Source: Octopus bimaculoides (lineage: Eukaryota). From it: 39,497 nucleotides of DNA. The position numbers were made by a program, and so were the translations under genes. The stretch lies in the NCBI RefSeq assembly GCF_001194135.2, contig NC_068985.1:69974842-70014338 (forward strand), in the 5' to 3' direction. The notes under the pieces were generated by a model. That model saw only the letters and a program-made list of their open reading frames with translations. It was not told where the DNA came from and ran no database searches. The number at the start of each line of letters is the position of its first letter. Position 1 is the stretch's first letter. This document shows, piece after piece, positions 1 to 8,897 of the stretch.

Positions 1-436
1 ATATATATATATATATATAAATATATTAAAAAAACTGATTTTAAAATATATTATAAAATTATATATACAAATACACAAAAAAAACTATACACATACAAAG
101 CACCATACACACACATACACACACATACACACATACATACATATATACATATACGTATACATACACATATACACACACATATACATACATGCACACATAT
201 ATGCATATATACATATATATACATATATATATATATACATATACATATATACACACATACAAAACGTCACACACACACATATACACACATACCCATATAT
301 ATATACACACATATATACATATATATATATACACATACATATATGTACATATACATACATATACATATATACATACATATACATATACATACATATGTAT
401 ACACATACACACACACATACATACATATATATACAC
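1..436. repeat. Mixed (TA)n/(CA)n/(TACA)n microsatellite array
   Basis: Directly visible dinucleotide and tetranucleotide runs, ending at the N gap 437-481. Confidence 0.97.
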
Positions 437-481
437 NNNNNNNNNNNNNNNNNNNNNNNNNNNNNNNNNNNNNNNNNNNNN

Positions 482-850
482 TAATTAGTTTATGCTTTGA
501 AAATAGAATAAAAAACAACTCAAGATTGCACAAGTTGCAATACCTCCTACCCTTATCGTATGGGAAATTCCTTCCAATAATAGACCATTCTAACGAAAAG
601 TTCTTATTTTGTTCTTTTAACCCCCAAATAAACCTACTAAGACTATTACTAGCTATTTTACTCCTATCTCTAAACATATTAAAGTGACAAGAAATTCTCC
701 TACAAATCTTATCCGAAGAACAACCCACATAAACACAAACATCTGTATCGCTCTTAACCTTACACTGATATACTATATTCCTTAATCTCACGTTCGGACC
801 CTCAAACGTTAACCTCCTGGGATTAATCTCAGTTACCTCAATCTTAGAAC
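482..850 (-). mobile_element. Penelope-like element, GIY-YIG endonuclease fragment (decayed)
   Basis: Minus strand reads NIVYQCKVKSDTDVCVYVGCSSDKICRRISCHFNMFRDRSKIASNSLSRFIWGLKEQNKNFSLEWSIIGRNFPYDKGRRYCNLCNLELFFILF. This matches the Penelope EN pattern (VY...YIG, R..H, LS.YIW.LK, W.I, C.LC..E). It is cut by the gap at 481. Confidence 0.85.
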
Positions 851-910
851 CGGTATCATAATATTAATGATTATATCCCCAGTTTCTATGCAAATATATT
901 TTTGTTTTCT

Positions 911-951
911 CTAGTCATTATAACCCGTCTCAGCCATGTCAGATGGGTTAT
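911..951 (-). other. Hairpin + CTAG, Helitron-like 3' terminus (candidate 2)
   Basis: 11 bp stem 920-930/941-951 (one mismatch) with a 10 nt loop, then 5 nt and CTAG (911-914) on the minus strand. Confidence 0.35.
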
Positions 952-1215
952 TAGATATAATGTATACGTGAGAAATGTATGCATATATTGGTATCTGTAC
1001 GCAAGTATTTATCGGTATGTATATGTATTTTTCACTTATATATTGTCGGTATACTTCTACCGAAGAGTGTAAAGTAATTTTTATTACGAAACACAAAATT
1101 CTAAGATATACAGTCGTCCGAAGTTTTATAAATCTTCTTGTCAATTTTCTCGGATGTAGCTTGTACAGGAAGGAGAACAAATTCTGAGTGGTTTGTAGAC
1201 ATTTGATATCTACAT

Positions 1216-1245
1216 CTAGCGTTTTGGCGTTGTCCCTCCAACGCC
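1216..1245 (-). other. Hairpin + CTAG, Helitron-like 3' terminus (candidate 1)
   Basis: Perfect GC-rich stem GGCGTTG/CAACGCC (1226-1232/1239-1245) with a 6 nt loop, then 6 nt and CTAG (1216-1219) on the minus strand. It lies downstream of minus-strand Helitron helicase remnants. Confidence 0.45.
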
Positions 1246-2169
1246 CTTAATTATAAATATATATTTATAATTATATACTTAGATATTAATTTTACCGATT
1301 GGGTGGTTTTTATATGCTGACCACTCGTATAATCATTTTAATGATTATATCCACACAGACATGCAGAAACATATACAATGAATTAGTTAGGTACAGAACC
1401 TTTATGTTCAGGTAAGGAGAAATTAGAAATAGTCGTAGGAAATAAAAGGAAATAGCTTTACAATGTAATGAGCTACAGCCCAATATATTAGTCACCGCAC
1501 CGTATCATGTCACTAATATCCATTTATAATTGAACAGCGGTAAATATTAATTTAATCAAGCAATACATGTAACTGATTTTACTGCAGTCTTCTTTTGTAC
1601 ATTGCTGTAGATTGATAAGAAATATCTGTTACGGTTCAAAGAGTTACTTATTCGTATAATTAGAATTTAATGTAGAAATATCTATATATAATCATGTAAG
1701 CTCTTCTATGCAATGCAGCATATATCCAATGCATAAACGCCTGATCATAGACCCATTTATTTCTATCTACTTACAATAAATTGCATATCTTATTCATATT
1801 AACTATTTCTTTATTCTTCAGAATTCATCAAATCTATTTCCAGGAACATTGATAGCATTTTACATTTCCAAGTTCTTATTTGACAATATCATTAATCTGC
1901 ATAGGTTTTTACCCACTGCCAATCAATTTTAATCAATTCTATTATTTCTGTAATAACTGCCACTTCGCAGTCACTTTCAGGATTCCCCTATGAATTTTGT
2001 TGCTCATATGTAGAGTAGCACACATTTTATAACAGTGTCTTCGTACAGTGTATTTGGTCTTCAATCTAACAATGTTTCCCGTGTACATCATAACTTTTTA
2101 CAAGTAATTGGACGAACTAGATGTAGCAAATACTTCTCTCGCAAATAGTATCCACGTTCTATCAACGTT

Positions 2170-2500
2170 CTACTCTACAAAGCAAGACAAACTAAACGGC
2201 ATAGAAGCCATGCAAAAAAATACGGACGATAACAGCAGGATCAATTCGATCTTGATAAAGTGTACATGACCAAATGGTTTTCTTTTCCTTTGTTTTCTTT
2301 TTACTGTGGTTAAACTAACAACAAAAATAACATTCTTTTGCAAGCATGACATATGCAGACTTCCTCACTGTATATGGTTCCGCAATCGTCATGCTCTCTA
2401 CTTGTAACAATATTACGATATAATTGAAGAGCAATATCGCTATTTCTAATTTCCATCTTACTGATTGTTAGACACGATAAACCAGTGTTATGTTTATATG
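2170..2500 (-). mobile_element. Possible highly decayed PIF1-like (Helitron) helicase N-terminal motifs
   Basis: Minus strand gives NTGLSCLTI...EEVCI...KPFGHVHFI and a frameshifted DPAV. These loosely echo PTG.AA, DEVSM, PFGG and QLPPV. The match is weak. Confidence 0.3.
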
Positions 2501-3169
2501 AATTTGCTTAACCTTATAAAAACTGAAACTCAACCACAATTACAATTTCGAAAATTATTGGATTTACGAATATAATTCTCATGTAATACAAAAGTAATGA
2601 AATGAAATAGCATGGCCATAGACTTGGGGCTGAAACATGTCAAACGGTAAAGCAAACAATTATTATTACTATTATTACCAGTGGGAATATTTCAAGGAAT
2701 TAATAGTAAACCTATTGGGTTATTCTTCAAAAACGTTATCCAGAATGCCTGAAAGCTTAGCGTGTGTTTTGTCTGTATCAAAAGATAGTCGCTCACCTGC
2801 TACTTATTGAAAAGTCATTGAAATTGGAATATGATGATCATTTAATGAACATCATATATATATATAGTTTATGTACTTTATGCACAATTTTATAGACTTG
2901 ATAGACGACAATCATGAAATTCACTCTTATTTTTCCATTTATCCTATAAGGAGAACAAATTACATATTAAAATTTACTTGGTCACAATTTCATATCTAGT
3001 AAATAAAAATTCTATAGTAAAAAATATTAGTTTATATGTAAAATATAAGTCACAATTTCACGGCATTAAAAATTTAATGCAACATGGCTTACTCTGAAAA
3101 AACACATCGTTGATAACTTATAAGCCAAGGCGTTGGGGCAGAGCCAATTTACATTTGAATTTGCATTCA

Positions 3170-3470
3170 CCTTTCAATCCATTGCATCTGTGCAGACAAT
3201 GTTCTTCCTGTAAGGTCTCCCTTTTCTTTTTCTTTGTTTGTCAGTGTTGATAAGTTTAACTCTCACATCAGATCATTTGCGAACCGTTGACAATGCAACA
3301 TATAGCTGACTATGATCGAATACAGGTTCAGGCAGGAATAGCCCCACTTTATCAAATGTCTGCTGTTGTAATTTATTTATAGTCATTACATATGACAGAC
3401 GAACGAGGAACTGCTTTTTTTTTCCTATACAGGATGGCAAGTTTGGGGTGCACATGCATTAAGTGATATA
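3170..3470 (-). mobile_element. Helitron RepHel C-terminal PIF1 helicase fragment
   Basis: LPSCIGKKKQFLVRLSYVMTINKLQQQTFDKVGLFLPEPVFDHSQLYVALSTVR matches the Helitron consensus LPF.L.RRQFPVRLAFAMTINKSQGQT..KVGL.LP.PVFSHGQLYVALSRV. A shifted frame then gives KNIVCTDAMD*, like the terminal NIVY.EVL. Confidence 0.9.
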
Positions 3471-3532
3471 AAACAGTTCAGTTAAAAAACAAATTACTTT
3501 TCACTATGCACTCACCACCACAAGCACCACCT

Positions 3533-3537
3533 CTCTC

Positions 3538-3620
<83 letters not shown>
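3533..3620. repeat. (CT)n microsatellite
   Basis: Direct. Confidence 0.98.
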
Positions 3621-3626
<6 letters not shown>

Positions 3627-3734
3627 GCCTTTCATTAATCTTACCATCAGAATATCAAACCTCTGACAAAATTAAATTCCTAACTCTCCTTTATATCATT
3701 ACCTTGAACTAACTTTTTAAAACGTAATAAATAT

Positions 3735-4018
3735 TACGTTTCCCGACCACATGTCATGGATGCTTCTCTCTCCGTATCTTCTCTCTCCGTATCTTCTCTC
3801 TCTCTCTTTTCTTTACTCTCTCTTTCTGTCTCACTCTTCATCATATTTTCTCTTTTCTCCCTCCGTTTCATTCACTTGTTCTCCCTTTTCCTCCAACTAA
3901 TCTCGTAAAAGCGTTAAAGATACGTTCTCTCTGCTTCACGTCATGGATGCTTTTCTCAATCTCTTACTCTCTCTACGTTTCTTTCTCCCACTTTTGCTCT
4001 AATCACGTGAAAGCGTTA
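3735..4018. repeat. Diverged two-unit tandem repeat with CT-rich variable cores
   Basis: Units 3735-3916 and 3921-4018 both start TACGTT...CAC(AT)GTCATGGATGCTT and end CTAATC(T/A)CGT(A/G)AAAGCGTTA. Confidence 0.7.
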
Positions 4019-4050
4019 CTGACGGGCTAACCAACGTATTGAGAAGCAAA

Positions 4051-4122
<72 letters not shown>
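4051..4122. repeat. (ATT)n microsatellite, the 3' tail/target of the Dong-like LINE
   Basis: Direct. Confidence 0.97.
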
Positions 4123-4990
4123 TTATGTTTGACTTTTGTTTTGCATTTGTACAAGTTGGATCCAAGTCTCACCCAGAGACCTCAAGAGACAACAAGTTAG
4201 AAGTCCATGTAGGTGTTATACCTAGGGTACCATATATTTAGATTNNNNNNNNNNNNNNNNNNNNNNNNNNNNNNNNNNNNNNNNNNNNNNNNNNNNNNNN
4301 NNNNNNNNNNNNNNNNNNNNNNNNNNNNNNNNNNNNNNNNNNNNNNNNNNNNNNNNNNNNNNNNNNNNNNNNNNNNNNNNNNNNNNNNNNNNNNNNNNNN
4401 NNNNNNNNNNNNNNNNNNNNNNNNNNNNNNNNNNNNNNNNNNNNNNNNNNNNNNNNNNNNNNNNNNNNNNNNNNNNNNNNNNNNNNNNNNNNNNNNNNNN
4501 NNNNNNNNNNNNNNNNNNNNNNNNNNNNNNNNNNNNNNNNNNNNNNNNNNNNNNNNNNNNNNNNNNNNNNNNNNNNNNNNNNNNNNNNNNNNNNNNNNNN
4601 NNNNNNNNNNNNNNNNNNNNNNNNNNNNNNNNNNNNNNNNNNNNNNNNNNNNNNNNNNNNNNNNNNNNNNNNNNNNNNNNNNNNNNNNNNNNNNNNNNNN
4701 NNNNNNNNNNNNNNNNNNNNNNNNNNNNNNNNNNNNNNNNNNNNNNNNNNNNNNNNNNNNNNNNNNNNNNNNNNNNNNNNNNNNNNNNNNNNNNNNNNNN
4801 NNNNNNNNNNNNNNNNNNNNNNNNNNNNNNNNNNNNNNNNNNNNNNNNNNNNNNNNNNNNNNNNNNNNNNNCGATGGTCTCATTTTGTTGTTGGCATATA
4901 CGACATAATGGGGAGCTGCCGTTCTTTAATATGTTGGCCTGGTAGTTCTTTGTAGATAGGCATTGATCTTGGGCTGCTATGATAAACCCC
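4123..4990 (-). mobile_element. 5'-truncated R4/Dong-like (restriction-like endonuclease) LINE, 3' portion
   Basis: KGFIIAAQDQCLSTKNYQANILKNGSSPLCRICQQQNETI (4872-4990) matches the R4/Dong C-terminal EGF..A.QDQ...T.NY...I.K.....CR.C....ETI.H zinc-finger lead-in. A short 3' region runs into (TAA)n. The N gap 4245-4871 is internal. Confidence 0.8.
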
Positions 4991-5042
<52 letters not shown>

Positions 5043-5058
5043 CATTATTATTATTATT

Positions 5059-5108
<50 letters not shown>
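4991..5108. repeat. (TTA)n followed by (TTG)n compound microsatellite
   Basis: Direct. Confidence 0.97.
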
Positions 5109-5606
5109 CCATCAAAGTGACACTGAGGTACAAATACACGAGGCACAGTATAACCTTCATGAATACCCGTCTGATAGGGACATCAGGCACATGCACCACA
5201 ACTTTACCTGCGCGACATGGTGATCTCATATCAAGATATACAGCACATAACCTTGTAGGTGGGGCCCGGTCAGAATTTTTTCAAGATGAGTAGCCCATCC
5301 CACTCAAAAGGTCCCTGAATAAGGTTTGTTTAAGGATGATGAACAAAACACCTGTGGCTAAGATGTTCCTCCACTACTTCTCAAGATAAGACATGCACAG
5401 ATCGTCAGCCACTAAGAGAGATGTCCACTGGTGACGTTCAAGCATGTGACAAGCAAATCTGTGGTACTGAGCAGAATATTTGCTGTAGCCCATCTTTTAT
5501 ACCAAGACAAAACAATGTACATGATAAGACATCCAAGCAGTTAAGATCAGAAGCCATGCGTGCCACTGCCTGTTACTGCATCAGTGCATTTACTGCATCG
5601 GAGCAT
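5109..5606 (-). mobile_element. Non-coding ~500 bp interspersed repeat bounded by TAA-type microsatellites (putative non-autonomous Dong partner or Dong 5' UTR)
   Basis: Complex sequence with sharp microsatellite boundaries on both sides and no recognisable ORF. It resembles a repeat I recall from octopus sequence (unverified). Strand is inferred. Confidence 0.5.
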
Positions 5607-5650
5607 TTATTATTATTGTTATAATAATAATAATAATTATAATAATAATA

Positions 5651-5689
<39 letters not shown>

Positions 5690-5711
5690 GTTATTATTGT
5701 TATCATTATTT

Positions 5712-5767
<56 letters not shown>
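5607..5767. repeat. (ATT/ATA)n then (GTA)n compound microsatellite
   Basis: Direct. Confidence 0.95.
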
Positions 5768-5768
<1 letters not shown>

Positions 5769-5769
5769 A

Positions 5770-5906
5770 AGCGGCGATGTGGAAAAACCGTTAGCACGCT
5801 GGACGAAATGCTTAACAGAATTTCGCCCGTCGCTACGTTCTGAGTTCAAATAAGGACGGGGGTTGACATTGCCTTTTATCCTTTCGGGGTGAATAAAATA
5901 AGTACC
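5770..5906 (+). mobile_element. tRNA-derived SINE (family A), cut by gap
   Basis: A-box-like GCGGCGATGTGGAAAAACCGTTAGCAC, B-box-like GTTCTGAGTTCAAAT, then CCTTTCGGGGT..ATAAAATAAGTACC, which is shared with the copies at 11145-11710 and 13360-13822. Confidence 0.8.
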
Positions 5907-5950
5907 NNNNNNNNNNNNNNNNNNNNNNNNNNNNNNNNNNNNNNNNNNNN

Positions 5951-6400
5951 AGTCCTCACCCCTAGAATTTCAGTCCTTTTGCTAAAATTTGTTGCCATTA
6001 TTGTTCTTATTATGGCTAAGAGGGTGATGAAAGCAGAAGTGGTAGGCATCAGAACTAGAGGCAGATCTCGGATTGTGTTGACGGATGGAGTGAGAAAAGC
6101 GTTGATAGTTAGAAGTGTTGGAGTGAGGCAAGAGAGTTTATAAATGATAGGAAAACTTGGAGAGTGTTTGTGGACGGATGAGTGAATTAGATGTTGCTCA
6201 AAGAAGTATGGGACCAGCATGATGCGGCGGGTGCAAACCAGGATATGCTGTCGGGCTCCACTTTTGATATTGGGGGTTGCGTTCTATCCCTTAACCCGAG
6301 CATGGAACGGGGCTAGCTTCTTTGAGCTGGAAAATGAATGGAATTCCTGGTGGGTGTCTTGTTGCGGCTACACTCTCCTAAAAAATGGTGAATAGGCCTG
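5951..6400 (-). mobile_element. Possible Penelope-like ORF N-terminal fragment
   Basis: Long, partly open minus-strand frame (SLIRPQTLSKFSYHL*TLLPHSNTSNYQRFSHSIRQHNPR..NKF). Its composition resembles PLE N-termini, but no catalytic motif is present. Confidence 0.3.
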
Positions 6401-6659
6401 GGTATATATAAAAAAAAATTATGGTTTTTATTATTCGCTGCGGAATACATCGGCCGTGTCATAGAATGCGCCCGGTGGGTTCAGTTTCAAGCATTTACTA
6501 ACAGAAGTTTAATGCCTTTTTCCTTATTCATTTTGTACCAAGTTGTTAATAGAAACACCAGGAACCTGTCACTGGTTTTCTGTGTTTGTTTAGCCTATTG
6601 ATGAGCTATATTCGGCCCACGAAATAAGTTGGGTGGGCGTTTAATGAAACACAACACAA

Positions 6660-6866
6660 CAAGATGGTGGAGCGCGTTTTAAAAGAGATGAGAAAAAATC
6701 TGTCCCTCCCGCAAGTCTGGTCACTGCTGAAGATTTCCCTCAGTTAGTGGTTTAATACCGGAAAGGGAGAGGAGAGAAGCGAGGGGGAAAAAGTACAAAA
6801 TTCATCTCGTAGTGACAGTAGTAGCAACATCGGCAACAGCAACGGTAGCAGTGACAGCACCTGCAA

Positions 6867-6911
<45 letters not shown>

Positions 6912-8750
6912 CAGCAGCAGCAATAACAAAAACAACAACAACGCCGGAGATAGCGAGAGCGGTAGCAGCGATGATATCAACAACAAGAACAACAATAGCA
7001 AAGGTGTCAAAAACAACAATAAAACCAGAACGAACAGCACCACCAACAACGACAACAACAACAGCGGCACAAGCGACTTCAACAGCAACAACAACAAGAA
7101 CATTACCAACATTACTGATGTCAAGAACGCTTTTGGTTGTGGATGCAGCCAAAAAGAGGTCACGCTTCAGCATGGACCTCTTAAATAAAAATTACAAGTT
7201 GTCCTAGGCTTCGAAGCTCACCAAGCAAAAGCAAGCCTGGGTCAACTTAACTGTCCTGGTGGAAGCCATCATAGCGGTGGTGAGAAGAACGGTGCATTTC
7301 AGATGCAACTCAGCAGAAACAAAGAAAGTGGCTTTATTTGCCCAAGCAGATATTGAAACTATGCTGAGGTGCATCAGAGATGACTCCGAGTACATAACGA
7401 AGGGCAGATAATACGGCACAGTCTCATGCAGTTTAAGTCACAAGCTTTCTCTATGGAACTTTCAATGATCCCTTGCATAACCAGCAAATCATAATGTACC
7501 CCTCCCACATGAGAAGATGAACAGCACGTGTCCGCATTCCCAGAATTCAACCAGGATTTAATATGAGATGCATAATTGTATAAGGGACGGATACTGACTT
7601 GATGGAGGTGACAAACATGCCAGAGAGAACTGGTCCGGGATTGACCTGTAGATATATTTGTAGATCAGGCCTGAAAACTTAAAAAGAATCCCGGACCACA
7701 TCTGTCTCCAGAACGGGACGGTTATACATATAATGACTGAGGGAAAATGCCACTTTGTTTCCTTCGTGGAGAAACAACCTATTTGCGAGACTTCTTTCCC
7801 CAGCTGATAAAATTTGCAAGAGATCGAATGTCTCCATTGCTGCCTACACCGGGGCACCAGCAACTACAACAAAGGAAACGCCACCAAAGACATTGACCAC
7901 CCAAGGGAAAAAGGAGGAAAGCTCTTCCACTCCCCAGCAAAAAAAAAAAAATACACACGTGAATAAAAACATAAACACCCACAAAGACACATTTACAGCC
8001 GCAGACCGCCTCCCCTTTGACAAGTGATGATGAAGGAATATCAAAGCCACTAAAAAACAAAAAAAAAATCTACAAAGCTTAACAACACCGTCAAGAAAAA
8101 ATACAGACACCACCCACACAAACATCTCCCCTAAAACACCAACAGCATCACCATCACCAGAATCCGCCAAACGCAAAGAACCTAAACAGATACAAGAACA
8201 AATATACACACAAGCATCTGAAACCGCAAATAAGGTACTCAGAGCAAACACAGACACAACCGAAACAATACCAAGGAAGCCATCACCTCCACAATCAAGC
8301 AATCAAATAAAACAACACCAACAAATATATAGAAAATAGAAAAGGATAGAACCATTCAACACATCAGCTGTAAGCACTGTTACCACGAATAAGAGAGACA
8401 ATAAAGCCACCCTCACCATTGCAAACGAGTGAAGCCTCAACCACACCGATCGACCAGAGTAACAGTCTAGAAATGAGCGACTGAGCAAACATCTCTCTTC
8501 TCTGCCACAGAACACTCCGACTATGAAAATTTCGCCTAACGATGAAAACAGTCTTGGAAACCCACCCAAAGAGCGGTACAAGACTAAAAGCAAAGTGATT
8601 ACAGGAGGAAACACCAACAAGCCATCACACACCCACACACGCTAAACCAACGCAATTACAAATATCTCCAGCACCACCAACATAACAAACACCTCAACAA
8701 ACGAAAACACACAGCACTCAAGATCAACATCATGAACACCACTCCCAATG
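6660..8750 (+). mobile_element. Decayed ORF1 (gag-like) of an L1/Tx1-like LINE
   Basis: A T/A-rich frame (6812-7207) continues through stops into AWVNLTVLVEAIIAVVRRTVHFRCNSAETKKVALF. There are zinc-knuckle-like remnants near 7565-7600 (HNC..DG) and 7826-7860 (CLHC..PGH), then a K/T/N-rich tail. It lies directly upstream of Tx1-type ORF2 remnants. Confidence 0.55.
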
Positions 8751-8780
8751 CAGCATTAATTGCACAAAAACTTAAACTAT

Positions 8781-8897
8781 TACTCTTTTTACTCTTTTAC
8801 TTGTTTCAGTCATTTGACTGCGGCCATGCTTGGGCAACGCCTTTAGTCGAGCAAATCGACTCCAGGACTTATTCTTTGTAAGCCTAGTACTTATTCG
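8781..8897 (-). mobile_element. tRNA-derived SINE (family B) 3' tail
   Basis: TACTCTTTTACTTGTTTCAGTCATTTGACTGCGGCCATGCT..GCCTTTAGTCGAGCAAATCGAC..AAGCCTAGTACTTATTC is homologous to 25404-25520. Confidence 0.85.

Noticed and set aside
51-488. Several ORFs rich in Y/I/C/V/M or H/T (also at 17046-17399, 20261-22099, 27586-28887 and 29149-30237)
   Set aside because: They are translations of TA/CA/GT microsatellites and N gaps, not proteins.
780-800. 13-mer GAACGTGAGATTA shared (inverted) with about 22585-22600
   Set aside because: A match this short is expected by chance in 39 kb, and the two sites are different parts of Penelope-like sequence.
4963-5797. Poly-I, poly-L, poly-N and poly-T ORFs
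   Set aside because: They are triplet microsatellite read-throughs. Only the KGFIIAAQDQ segment is real (Dong-like).
6598-6650. TTGATGA, a GCCCAC/GTGGGC hairpin and GAAAC
   Set aside because: The stem is not adjacent to the core, and no stem III or cleavage triplet forms.
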